Shown: positions 9,161 to 17,938 of the stretch, piece after piece | How positions within the stretch are numbered: position 1 is the first letter of the stretch | Layout of the letters: each line of letters opens with the position of its first letter | NCBI GenBank assembly: GCA_963674745.2 | Contig: CAXXDV010000003.1 | Location: 238,478-302,477 of the forward strand | Direction of reading: 5' to 3' | From: Desulfosudaceae bacterium | GTDB lineage: Bacteria; Desulfobacterota; Desulfobacteria; Desulfobacterales; Desulfosudaceae | DNA: 64,000 nt | Made by a program: the position numbers and the translations under genes | The notes under the pieces: model-generated | What the model was told of the DNA's origin: nothing | The model's input: the letters and a program-made list of their open reading frames with translations, nothing else | Databases searched by the model: none

Positions 9161-10141
9161 ATGGTCAACAACTTGTCAATATATGGCCTGGCGTTGGCGG
9201 CAGGTGGCGCCGGTGCTCTGGCCGTGGCGATTTTCGGGAAGAAGTGGGCCCTGCTGGATAAACCAAACGAACGCAGTTCCCATCAGCGGGCGGTTCCCAG
9301 GGGTGGTGGCATCGGGATTCTGGCCGCTTTTATCGTTTGTTCGTTGTTACTGTCCGTTCCTCCTGGTTTTTGGGTTCCGGCCGCTATCCTGGCGCTGGTC
9401 AGCTTCATTGGCGACCGGTTTGAGGTCAGTGTATCCATACGGCTGCTGGCCCAGTTTTTCATGGCTTTGTGCTTTCTTTATTTTGCCGGCGGGATCCATG
9501 TTAAAAGCTTCCCATGGGTGGTTTTACCGGTTTTTTATCTGTTGTTTATCGTGGGGACGGCCAATTTTTACAATTTCATGGACGGTATCAACGGTATTGC
9601 CGGTATCACGGGAATGGTCGCTTTTGGCCTGATGGGCGCATACGGCGTCTTAAACGGCAAGGACGCCGCCATGATTACCTTATGCCTTTGCCTGGTCTGG
9701 GCCTGTGTCGGCTTTCTGCCCTTTAACCTGCCGCGGGCCCGTGTGTTTCTGGGGGATGTCGGCAGTATTCTGATGGGATTTGTTTTTGCCTGCCTGGTGG
9801 TCAGGTGGGCCGCCTCGTTTTCCGAAATTCTTGTACTTTCCGGCTTCCTGTTCCTTTTTTATGCCGACGAGCTGGTCACGCTGGTCGAGCGGCTTTGCGA
9901 CGGTGAATCTCCGACCCGGGCCCATCGCCGGCATTTGTACCAGGTCCTGGCCAACGAAGGGGGGCTGGCACACTGGCGGGTAAGCACGGGATACGGGCTG
10001 GCACAGTTACTGATCGGGCTGGTTGTATGGAAGGTCGGTGATAGTGGCAGGCTTCCGCTTCTGGGGGTACTGATTCTGTTTCTGATTGTTTTTATTGTGG
10101 TCAATAACAAAATCAAAGATCGCTATTTACCGCGAGGGTGA
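9161..10141 (+). CDS. Polyprenyl-phosphate N-acetylhexosamine-1-phosphate transferase (MraY/WecA/WbpL family, GT4)
   Basis: It is a multi-TM protein with the NFYNFMDGINGIAG and FLGDVGS motifs. An alternative GTG start lies at 9158. Confidence 0.85.
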   Translation: MVNNLSIYGLALAAGGAGALAVAIFGKKWALLDKPNERSSHQRAVPRGGGIGILAAFIVCSLLLSVPPGFWVPAAILALVSFIGDRFEVSVSIRLLAQFFMALCFLYFAGGIHVKSFPWVVLPVFYLLFIVGTANFYNFMDGINGIAGITGMVAFGLMGAYGVLNGKDAAMITLCLCLVWACVGFLPFNLPRARVFLGDVGSILMGFVFACLVVRWAASFSEILVLSGFLFLFYADELVTLVERLCDGESPTRAHRRHLYQVLANEGGLAHWRVSTGYGLAQLLIGLVVWKVGDSGRLPLLGVLILFLIVFIVVNNKIKDRYLPRG

Positions 10142-10144
10142 TTT

Positions 10145-10942
10145 ATGGGGATAATACTTTCCAAGTTTGTTCCGGTTTTTCTGTTCCCGCTGGGCCTGAG
10201 CATTGTGCTGCTGGTTATCTGCCTGTTCGGTTTATGGGGGCTGAACTACAGACAAAGAAAAAAGAAAGTCGCTTTTCTGCTGGTTGTCTGCCTGGTCATA
10301 CTGTGGACAGCCGGTTGCCCGCTGGTTGCGGACCGTCTGATGGCGTCTCTGGAAGGCCGCTATGTCTCAAAAGCGGTTTCGGCTTATCCCGGGGCGGGCA
10401 CGATTGTCGTTTTAAGCGGCGGTGTGGCCGGACAGCAGACCGGTAGGCGGGCGGTCATTCCCGGGCGGGCCTTTGACCGGTTATATCTGGGTTATCAGCT
10501 TTATCAGGCCCAAAAGGCACCGCAGGTGATACTGTCCGGCGGCGGTGTTCTGTGGAAACGCAAATCCGGGGCCTTGTCCGAGTCCGAAAGAATGTTCGCC
10601 CTGGCCCGGCAACTGGGTGTGCCGCAAAAACATCTGGTCATCGAAAGCCACAGCCGGAATACCCGGGAAAATGCCTGGTTTTCAAAGGAAATCCTCCGGG
10701 ACAGAGGCTGGGACAACAACGTCCTGCTGGTTACGTCGGCCTTTCACATGCCCCGGGCGCGGGCCTGTTTCGAAAAACTGGGCATGACGGTCATCCCCTG
10801 TCCCGCCGACTTTAAAGGGGATCCTTTTCACCTGCCGACCGGCCTTGACTACCTGCCCGATGCTGCGGCCCTGGAAAAGACGACCATTGTTTTGAAAGAG
10901 TATATCGGGTGGGTGTACTACCGGCTTCGCGGCTGGCTCTGA
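10145..10942 (+). CDS. DUF218 (YdcF/ElyC/SanA-like) protein
   Basis: It has N-terminal TM segments, then VVLSGG, SESE and SRNTRENA motifs typical of DUF218. Confidence 0.65.
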   Translation: MGIILSKFVPVFLFPLGLSIVLLVICLFGLWGLNYRQRKKKVAFLLVVCLVILWTAGCPLVADRLMASLEGRYVSKAVSAYPGAGTIVVLSGGVAGQQTGRRAVIPGRAFDRLYLGYQLYQAQKAPQVILSGGGVLWKRKSGALSESERMFALARQLGVPQKHLVIESHSRNTRENAWFSKEILRDRGWDNNVLLVTSAFHMPRARACFEKLGMTVIPCPADFKGDPFHLPTGLDYLPDAAALEKTTIVLKEYIGWVYYRLRGWL

Positions 10943-10956
10943 TTATCTGCTTTTCT

Positions 10957-12189
10957 TTAATCGGCGGTGTGCCGTTTTTTTGAACGTCCGGGTCGGGCCA
11001 GGTTCCGGTCGATTTCCCTTAACGGCAAGGGGCTTTTCAAGAACTTCTCTCCGATTTCATAGATCACCACATCCGGTTGGTATGTCTCGACAAGGTCCAT
11101 TATCGGGTACCTGCTCAGTTCCGAATGACGGATGTGAATGACTTCCTTGATGATGCAGTGCAGATAAGGCGCGATAAAATTACTGAAAGAATCCCTGACC
11201 AGCAGCAACCGGCTGTCGGTGTCAAGGGCCGTGTTGATGATTCGTTGCGGTGCCATCCCCTGGCGCACGCGTATCTTTCTGGTGATCCGGACATCCTCGG
11301 GCGCTTTTTGTCCCAGGTGCCTTTCCAACGTCTGTTTGCGGGGCACGGAATTAAACCACGGCTGGTTGTCTTTTAGATAACAGGTTTGCGGATATTCCAG
11401 CCAGCCGTACAGGGTATTGTCTCCGGGCGTCTCATGGTAAGAGATGGCGTCAGTTAAAACAGCGCCCGGTATTTTCAATAATGTTTGCAAATGGGCGGCT
11501 GTTTCCTGGAAGGCGTAAAAACCACCGACACTGTTCCAGTGTGTTCCGCCGGGAAAATACAATGCCTCCGGACCGGACTTTTTTTGCAGCAGTCGTGCGG
11601 TCGGATCGATAACAGTAACCTGTCGCCGCATGAGTCCTTCACGTATAAGGTCGCGTCGGGATGGCGCGTCAATCCCCCGCTGGGCCCAGTCCGGCAGCTT
11701 TTCAGGGTAAATCGTGTGCTTGTCCGGCGCTACCAGCAGCATAAAGGGAATGCCTTTGTCTGCCAGCGCGTCGCGCAGGGTCACGAAAAACCTGATCGCT
11801 TTTGGAATATCCCCACGACTTTCCCAGTCCAGTCTGCGGTGCTGGGTAAGTGCATCGCAGGACTGATCGCCTAAAAACAGCCAGCCGTCTTTGCCGATGG
11901 TTACCCGGTCGGGCTTGGCGGAAACGCCCAGATCGGCATACAGCCGGGTCATCGCCTTGATCAGTTCAAAGCGAAAAATGACCCTGTCATTGAACCATTC
12001 CTCCAGGGCTTCTGATTCTTTGTCAAAACGGATGGAAAAAGTCGGTGCGGGTGCCGGTTTTCGGCGTTCGATGCGGGAGAAACGTTTCGTATCCGGCGCC
12101 TTGAACATGCCCAGCATGGGAAACACCAGCACGATCAGGAGCCCCAAAATGCAGCATATATCAAATATGGAAGAATGGTTTTTGGGCAT
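10957..12189 (-). CDS. AlgJ/AlgX-like polysaccharide O-acetylation protein (SGNH-like)
   Basis: It has an N-terminal TM anchor and the VAPDKHTIYPEKLP motif. It is adjacent to an MBOAT gene and only 2 nt separate the two. Confidence 0.6.
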   Translation of the reverse strand: MPKNHSSIFDICCILGLLIVLVFPMLGMFKAPDTKRFSRIERRKPAPAPTFSIRFDKESEALEEWFNDRVIFRFELIKAMTRLYADLGVSAKPDRVTIGKDGWLFLGDQSCDALTQHRRLDWESRGDIPKAIRFFVTLRDALADKGIPFMLLVAPDKHTIYPEKLPDWAQRGIDAPSRRDLIREGLMRRQVTVIDPTARLLQKKSGPEALYFPGGTHWNSVGGFYAFQETAAHLQTLLKIPGAVLTDAISYHETPGDNTLYGWLEYPQTCYLKDNQPWFNSVPRKQTLERHLGQKAPEDVRITRKIRVRQGMAPQRIINTALDTDSRLLLVRDSFSNFIAPYLHCIIKEVIHIRHSELSRYPIMDLVETYQPDVVIYEIGEKFLKSPLPLREIDRNLARPGRSKKRHTAD

Positions 12190-12191
12190 GG

Positions 12192-13688
12192 CTAAAACCG
12201 GAAATAAATAAATGGATTATAGGCCCCGTTATATAGATGTATCATGGAAAGAAACATGACAAGGCCGCCCCATACCAGAAGTGATGCCTGTAACAAGGTA
12301 TAACACGGGTTGAAGCCGCCCTGCCGAGGCTGCCATTGCTGTTTCAAACGGGTAAAGGCGACAACCGGCAGGCCGGTGGCAGCCACCACGCCCACGATCA
12401 TGGAAAGCAATACCGGAGCAGAGGCGAATTCCGAAAAAGAGCGGGCATAAGCGTAAGAACCCGGGTCGCCCAGAAGGGCTCTGGTATAAAGCCAGGCCTG
12501 GCTCATATCTTCGGACCGGAAAACGATCCAGCCGGTCATTACGACCAGCAACGCGTATCCATGCCGGAAGACGTGAGGTGTCCGCTGGAGAACGCGTTCA
12601 AATCCGGCCCGTTCAATAACCAGGAACAGACCGTGCCAGCCCCCCCAGAGCACAAAGTTCCAACTGGCGCCATGCCACAATCCGCATAGCAGAAAGACAA
12701 TCCAAAGGTTCAGGTAAGTACGCCGTTGGCCGGCTCGATTGCCGCCCAGGGGGATGTATAGATAATCCCGCAGCCAGGTGGAAAGGGAAATGTGCCAGCG
12801 CTGCCAGAATTCACGGATTGACTTTGAAATATAAGGATAGTTGAAGTTCTCAGGAAAATGAAAACCCAGCATCAGCCCAATCCCGATGGCCATATCGGAA
12901 TAGGCGGAAAAATCAAAATAGATCTGCAGGGTGTATGCCGCGATGCCCCACCAGGCAACGGCCGTTGAAAGCTGATTCGGGGGCATGTTGAATATGGCGT
13001 CAGCCGCCTGGGCGATGATGTTGGCGAGGAGGACTTTTTTGGCCAGGCCGACAACAAAGCGTCTGGCACCGGCTGCGAATTGTGACCGCTCATTGCTTCG
13101 TTTGACAAGTTCGGCGGAAATTTGATTGTAGCGGACGATGGGGCCTGCCACCAGCTGGGGGAACATGGAAATATAACAGGCCAGCTGGTCAAAGCGCCTG
13201 GTGGCCACGGCAGTGCCGCGGTACACGTCAATGATGTAGCTGAGCGCCTGAAAGGTATAAAAACTGATCCCCAGCGGCAGGCTGATTTCCGCCACATCGC
13301 GCAGCCGTGTCGCGTCGATGCCCAGCCATTGTGCTATGGCGGCAACGTTGTTCAAGGCAAAGTTGGCGTATTTGAAATAACCCAGAAAACCGAGGCATAA
13401 AACCACGGTGACAGCCAGAACCCATTTGCGGCCGGCAGATTTTCCATTGCCTTCACCGCTCTGCGTTTCTGCCTCACCGTTGCTCAATAGAATACCGGCA
13501 ATCCACACCACAGCGATCAGGGCCACCATTCCGATTACCAGTTGCGGTTCACCCCAGGCGTAAAATATGAGGCTGAAGACCAGTAAAACCCCGTTGCGCA
13601 ATCGTACAAACCGGGCAGGCACCAGAAAATATGCGGCCAGCATTAACGGTAAAAAAAAATGCAGGAATATAAGCGAACTGAAAACCAT
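12192..13688 (-). CDS. MBOAT family O-acyltransferase (AlgI/DltB-like)
   Basis: It is a multi-TM protein with FWQRWHISLSTWLRDYLYIPLGGNR, the canonical MBOAT His motif. Confidence 0.9.
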   Translation of the reverse strand: MVFSSLIFLHFFLPLMLAAYFLVPARFVRLRNGVLLVFSLIFYAWGEPQLVIGMVALIAVVWIAGILLSNGEAETQSGEGNGKSAGRKWVLAVTVVLCLGFLGYFKYANFALNNVAAIAQWLGIDATRLRDVAEISLPLGISFYTFQALSYIIDVYRGTAVATRRFDQLACYISMFPQLVAGPIVRYNQISAELVKRSNERSQFAAGARRFVVGLAKKVLLANIIAQAADAIFNMPPNQLSTAVAWWGIAAYTLQIYFDFSAYSDMAIGIGLMLGFHFPENFNYPYISKSIREFWQRWHISLSTWLRDYLYIPLGGNRAGQRRTYLNLWIVFLLCGLWHGASWNFVLWGGWHGLFLVIERAGFERVLQRTPHVFRHGYALLVVMTGWIVFRSEDMSQAWLYTRALLGDPGSYAYARSFSEFASAPVLLSMIVGVVAATGLPVVAFTRLKQQWQPRQGGFNPCYTLLQASLLVWGGLVMFLSMIHLYNGAYNPFIYFRF

Positions 13689-13749
13689 TGTCGTTAAGAA
13701 ACTGTTTATTAATAAAAAGGTTGATGTAGTCGTAAAAAGTCATCATTTG

Positions 13750-13873
13750 GATGGCAAAGTAAAAAGTTCAAGATCAAGGCGCGCAAATCCTGAGGAATGC
13801 AGCGTACATAGAAGTACGTGAAATTCCGAAGGATGAAGCGCAACGCAGATATTGAACTTTTTACGACGCCATC
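13750..13873 (-). repeat. GATGGC...GCCATC structured repeat, copy R1
   Basis: The outer stem pairs GATGGCAAAGTAAAAAGTTCAA with TTGAACTTTTTACGACGCCATC. The core is the reverse complement of the cores at 17119..17255 and 47400..47523. Confidence 0.75.
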
Positions 13874-13996
13874 AAGGTTAACGATCTGTTTTTGTTGCAT
13901 AGTCAATAACAGCGGTCCCATTTCTTGTCAATGCTTTTTCTCCACCCCGGGTTCTGACGAAAATATTGACACCCGCGGACGCCCTTGTTATGGATA

Positions 13997-14773
13997 ATGG
14001 CCATGAGTCAGAAGGAATCGATTAATAATCTTAAAGAAAAATTTAAAAGCCTTGGTAAAAAATCCAGGTCTTTTGTAAACAGATACACTATGGCAAATAA
14101 CGACAAAATACTGTTTGTGCATATCCCTAAAACGGCCGGGATATCAATCTATAATGCCCTGGCCGAAGCCGTCGGAGGACATGACCGGGCGATACGTTTC
14201 CCAAGGAATTCAGAAGAAGAAAGAGAAAAGTACCTCTCCATGACCAGGACAGAGGTACGGTCATATAACCTTTTATCCGGGCATTTCCCGCTCCCCTTTT
14301 TCTTAAGACAGCCAATTTCCGATTACAAAGCGGTCACGGTGTTCAGAAACCCGGTGGACCGTGAACTTTCAGCTTATTTTTACATTAAAACGGATCCGGA
14401 TCATCCTTTAAATACGGAGTGGTTCAGGTCTTTAAATTTGTATCAATATATCGAGCATCGTCAAGAAAAAGGCAATGCCAACCCGCAGTGCCTGTTCATG
14501 TGCGGCGAAAGGTCATTTGAAAAGGCAAGAAAAGCCGTTGATGAACAGCTTTTCCTGACGGCACCGCTTGATTATGTTAAAGACTTTCTGGAGGTGCTTG
14601 CAAAGCGGCTGGAGATTCCCATTAATCCCCCTGAGAGAGCCAATAAAACCTCTTTCCGCCTGACAGTTGACGAAATCCACCCGGACATTAAAGCCGGGTT
14701 TGAATCGTTGACCCGGGAGGACCAAAAGCTTTACGAATATGTTAAGGAGAAGTTTGAAAAAGAATTTCTTTAA
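13997..14773 (+). CDS. Sulfotransferase family protein
   Basis: Motifs are LFVHIPKTAGISI and VTVFRNPVDRELSAY. The start is uncertain among TTG 13985 and ATG 13997, 14003 or 14090. Confidence 0.75.
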   Translation: MAMSQKESINNLKEKFKSLGKKSRSFVNRYTMANNDKILFVHIPKTAGISIYNALAEAVGGHDRAIRFPRNSEEEREKYLSMTRTEVRSYNLLSGHFPLPFFLRQPISDYKAVTVFRNPVDRELSAYFYIKTDPDHPLNTEWFRSLNLYQYIEHRQEKGNANPQCLFMCGERSFEKARKAVDEQLFLTAPLDYVKDFLEVLAKRLEIPINPPERANKTSFRLTVDEIHPDIKAGFESLTREDQKLYEYVKEKFEKEFL

Positions 14774-14853
14774 AAAAATGGTAAAGTGCTATAATTTGTT
14801 CAGAATTGGCATTTGGGGGAATTCCTGGCCGGGCAGAATAAGAAAGAGGGGTT

Positions 14854-15921
14854 ATGGGACAATTGAATGACAAACGGGTACTGGTGACCGGCTGTTGCGG
14901 TACGGTCGGCGGAGAACTGGTCCGCCAACTGCTGTCGGACTATGCCGTTAAAGAACTGGTGGGGCTGGACAACAATGAAAGTGAACTGTTTTTTACCCAG
15001 CAGCGCTACAATGATTATTCGGCGCATTTTTTTCTGGCTGATGTCCGGGACCAGCAACGTTTGATACGGCTGTTTTCAGGGGTGGATATCGTTTTTCATG
15101 CGGCTGCTTTCAAACACGTTATCCTGTGCGAGGTGTCGCCGTTCGAAGCCGTTCAGACCAATATCAACGGTGTACAGAATGTTATCCTGGCCGCTACTGA
15201 AAACCGGGTCAAAACAGTTGTGTTTACCAGCTCGGACAAGGCCGTCAACCCGACCAATGTCATGGGGACCTCCAAGCTGATGGGCGAACGGTTGATGACG
15301 GCCGCCAACAGTAACCTGCGCGGTGGTTTATCGGCGTTTATTTCCACCCGTTTTGGAAACGTTCTCGGGTCCCGGGGATCGGTAATTCCCATTTTCAGGG
15401 ATCAGATCCGCAAGGGCGGGCCGGTTACCATTACTGACGAGGAGATGACACGGTTTATCATGAGTATCCGACAGGCAGTGCAGCTGGTCATTGATTCCGT
15501 GGCCCTTGCCAGGGGTGGCGAAGTCTTTGTCACCAAGATGCCGGTTATCCGCATCCTGGATCTGGCCCATGTCATGATCGCAGAACTGGCGGGAAATTAT
15601 GGCCATTCGCCGGAAGATATAAAGATCGAAATCATCGGTAGCAAGCCCGGTGAGAAACAATACGAAGAACTGATGACCGGTGAGGAGGTTCGCCGTTGTG
15701 TTGAACTGGAGCGGTATTTCGTGGTCAAGCCGGCCTTTACCTCACTTTACCGGGACCTGACCTATTCCTATCCCGATGTGATCAACGGCGTGGTTGACCG
15801 GCCTTATCATTCGGCCAATGAGCCCGCCCTGGACCGTGAGCAGCTGCGCCGTTTCCTGATCGATAACGAACTGCTGGAGGGTGAGGAAGAAGATACGTTC
15901 CGGCCGGACAGGCGCTATTAG
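14854..15921 (+). CDS. Soluble CapD/PseB-like nucleotide-sugar 4,6-dehydratase (SDR)
   Basis: Motifs are KRVLVTGCCGTVGGEL, SSDKAVNPTNVMGTSKLMGE and RFGNVLGSRGSVIP. Confidence 0.8.
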   Translation: MGQLNDKRVLVTGCCGTVGGELVRQLLSDYAVKELVGLDNNESELFFTQQRYNDYSAHFFLADVRDQQRLIRLFSGVDIVFHAAAFKHVILCEVSPFEAVQTNINGVQNVILAATENRVKTVVFTSSDKAVNPTNVMGTSKLMGERLMTAANSNLRGGLSAFISTRFGNVLGSRGSVIPIFRDQIRKGGPVTITDEEMTRFIMSIRQAVQLVIDSVALARGGEVFVTKMPVIRILDLAHVMIAELAGNYGHSPEDIKIEIIGSKPGEKQYEELMTGEEVRRCVELERYFVVKPAFTSLYRDLTYSYPDVINGVVDRPYHSANEPALDREQLRRFLIDNELLEGEEEDTFRPDRRY

Positions 15922-15932
15922 GGGTTGTGGTT

Positions 15933-17120
15933 ATGTCGAACATTCTGATTCTCGGTGGTGACGGTTATCTGGGCTGGCCGACGGCCATGTATTTTTCCGC
16001 CCGCGGCCATGACGTCACGGTGGTCGATAATTATTTTCGTCGAAATGCCTGTACGGAACTGGATGTGGGCATGCTTTACCCCATCCCGACACTTGTTGCC
16101 CGGGCCAAAATCTGGCATGAAAAAACCGGTAGAGAGATCCGGGTGGTCATCGGCGACCTGACGGACCCCGAGATCATGCGGGGCCTGTTTGACGGCCGGG
16201 TGACCTATGTCTGGCCCCCGGAAAAGGCTTTTGCGGGCATCCCGGAAACGGTTTTTCATTATGCCGAACAACCTTCGGCGCCTTATTCGCTGATCAATTA
16301 CAAGTATGCCAATATCACGATTACGAATAATCTTCTGGTGACCAACAACCTGGTGTTCGCACTCAAGGATTTTGCGCCGTCGACCCATGTGGTCCATATC
16401 GGCACCATGGGTGAATACGGCACGCCTGATATTGATATTGAAGAAGGATGGCTCGACATCACCCACAAGGGCCGGACGGATCGGTTTCTGTTTCCCCGAC
16501 AGGCAAGTTCTCTGTATCACACCACCAAAATTATGGATACAGACCTGATGTGGTTCGGGGTGCGCATGTGGAACCTGCGGATAACCGACCTGATGCAGGG
16601 TCCGGTCTACGGTTTTAAGACCGAAGAAACCGGCGATGATGAGCGGTTGTACACGCTTTTTAATTATGATGAGATTTTCGGCACCATCATCAACCGGTTT
16701 GTCCTTCAGGCGGTTGTCGGGTATCCGCTGACGGTTTATGGAAAAGGGGGGCAGACACGCGGTTATCTGAATATTAACGATACCCTGCAATGTGTTTACA
16801 AGGCCTTTGAAACACCGGCCAAAGCAGGTGAACTGCGGATTTTTAATCAGATCATGGAAACCTTTTCGGTCAATGAACTGGCGGAAAAGGTGCGAGCCGT
16901 GGGTAGTGCCCGGGGACATGAGGTGACGGTCGACCATATTGAAAACCCCCGCAAAGAAGCCGAGGAACATTATTACAATCCGGTTTACCAGGGCCTGATT
17001 GATATCGGTGTCGAACCCCATTATCTGACCGATGAGGTACTGGCATCTTTTTTTGAGGCGGTTGAAAAGTTTCGGGATAATGTGCGTCGGGATGTGATTT
17101 TCAGGGGCGTCAAGTGGTGA
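15933..17120 (+). CDS. sqdB: UDP-sulfoquinovose synthase (SQD1/SqdB/Agl3 family)
   Basis: Long collinear similarity to plant SQD1 as I recall it: ILGGDGYLGWPTAMYFS..VDN, EQPSAPYS, IGTMGEYGTPDIDIEEGWLDITHKGRTD..FPRQASSLYHTTK (YxxxK) and DLMQGPVYG. The ATG at 15933 lies 2 codons downstream of GTG 15927. Confidence 0.85.
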   Translation: MSNILILGGDGYLGWPTAMYFSARGHDVTVVDNYFRRNACTELDVGMLYPIPTLVARAKIWHEKTGREIRVVIGDLTDPEIMRGLFDGRVTYVWPPEKAFAGIPETVFHYAEQPSAPYSLINYKYANITITNNLLVTNNLVFALKDFAPSTHVVHIGTMGEYGTPDIDIEEGWLDITHKGRTDRFLFPRQASSLYHTTKIMDTDLMWFGVRMWNLRITDLMQGPVYGFKTEETGDDERLYTLFNYDEIFGTIINRFVLQAVVGYPLTVYGKGGQTRGYLNINDTLQCVYKAFETPAKAGELRIFNQIMETFSVNELAEKVRAVGSARGHEVTVDHIENPRKEAEEHYYNPVYQGLIDIGVEPHYLTDEVLASFFEAVEKFRDNVRRDVIFRGVKW

Positions 17121-17255
17121 TGGCTTCGTAAAAAGCCCAAGATCGGCGTTGCGCTGCATCCTTCGGAACTTCATGTACTTCTATGTACGCTGCATTCCTC
17201 AGGATTTGCGCGCCCCAATTTTATATCTGGGGCTTGAACTTTTTACTTTGCCATC
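17119..17255 (+). repeat. GATGGC...GCCATC structured repeat, copy R2
   Basis: It begins inside the sqdB TGA stop (TGATGGC). The core GCGTTGCGCTGCATCCTTCGGAACTTCATGTACTTCTATGTACGCTGCATTCCTCAGGATTTGCGCGCC is inverted relative to R1. Confidence 0.75.
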
Positions 17256-17291
17256 AGGATTTTGTACGAGGGAGTTAATAGGTGATTATGC

Positions 17292-17320
17292 TTGACAGTC
17301 TGGTGTAGTTTCGTTTAGAT
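17292..17320 (+). promoter_or_regulatory. Candidate sigma70-type promoter
   Basis: TTGACA (17292..17297), a 17-nt spacer and TTAGAT (17315..17320), upstream of the ComEA-like gene. This is a sequence match only. Confidence 0.3.
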
Positions 17321-17448
17321 CAGAATGCGAATAAAATTGGGGGCGAACAATAATCATATTGTTTTACCGGGGCTGATCAGCAGGCCCGGCGCCTGGAAAA
17401 GGCATGACGCTTTTTCCGGTATTTCAACACATTACATGGAGGTAAGAA

Positions 17449-17772
17449 ATGATGACAAAGAAATTCGCAGGTTTATTGTGTCTGGTGGTTCTCGCTCTGG
17501 TCGCTTTGTCCGGCCCTACGCTGGCCGACAGTCAGCAAGAAGGACTGGCTGAAAAAATCAACATTAATACGGCATCGGCTGATGCCCTGATGCAACTGAG
17601 CGGCGTGGGGCGCGCATACGCCAACCGGATTGTTGAATATCGAGAAACGCAGGGATTGTTTTCTCATATTGAAGAAATAAAGAATGTTAAAGGTATCGGT
17701 GACAGGATTTTTGAAAAAAATAAAGATCGTATCACTGTGGAAATCAAAACAAGCAAGAAGACTGATCAATGA
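17449..17772 (+). CDS. ComEA-family helix-hairpin-helix DNA-binding protein (secreted)
   Basis: It has a signal peptide, then ININTASADALMQLSGVGRAYANRIVEYR...IKNVKGIGDRIFEKNK (tandem HhH). The SD GGAGGT lies upstream. Confidence 0.75.
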   Translation: MMTKKFAGLLCLVVLALVALSGPTLADSQQEGLAEKININTASADALMQLSGVGRAYANRIVEYRETQGLFSHIEEIKNVKGIGDRIFEKNKDRITVEIKTSKKTDQ

Positions 17773-17815
17773 GGCAGATGATGTAGCATCAGTCGCTGTT
17801 TTGTTCGCCCTCGGC

Positions 17816-17870
17816 AATGTGCGGTATGGCACTGCGGCATGTACCGCGACCATGCCGCACATTTGTTTTT
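17816..17870 (+). terminator. Rho-independent terminator candidate
   Basis: AATGTGCGGTATGG pairs with CCATGCCGCACATT and is followed by TGTTTTT, about 45 nt after the ComEA-like stop. Confidence 0.55.
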
Positions 17871-17938
17871 GACGGCTTCGTAAAAAAAATAATGGAGCCG
17901 TCAAACGGCCGTTCGCCCGTTTATGGAAAACAGAGTCA

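Noticed and set aside
13966-13994. TTGACA-17-TATGGA as a promoter for the third sulfotransferase.
   Set aside because: The -10 is poor (it lacks the terminal T) and the gene start is itself uncertain, so this is not reported as a feature.
14787-14795. Extended -10-like TGCTATAAT upstream of the CapD-like gene.
   Set aside because: It has no convincing -35 and rests on a single hexamer match in an AT-rich spacer. The evidence is too weak to list as a feature.
15918-17174. 418-aa ORF on the minus strand, exactly antisense to sqdB.
   Set aside because: Its translation shows no recognisable motifs, whereas the + strand product is a near full-length SQD1 match. This is a typical shadow ORF. The same reasoning applies to 22493..23200, 27089..27742, 32643..33437, 40623..41276, 43022..43981, 47611..48393, 57143..58030 and 35573..36181.
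17449-17772. The ComEA-like gene as evidence for a competence or DNA-uptake system in this window.
   Set aside because: Only the single HhH protein is present. No comEC or comF genes accompany it, and no pilQ, pilT or major-pilin gene is adjacent, so no system-level claim is justified.
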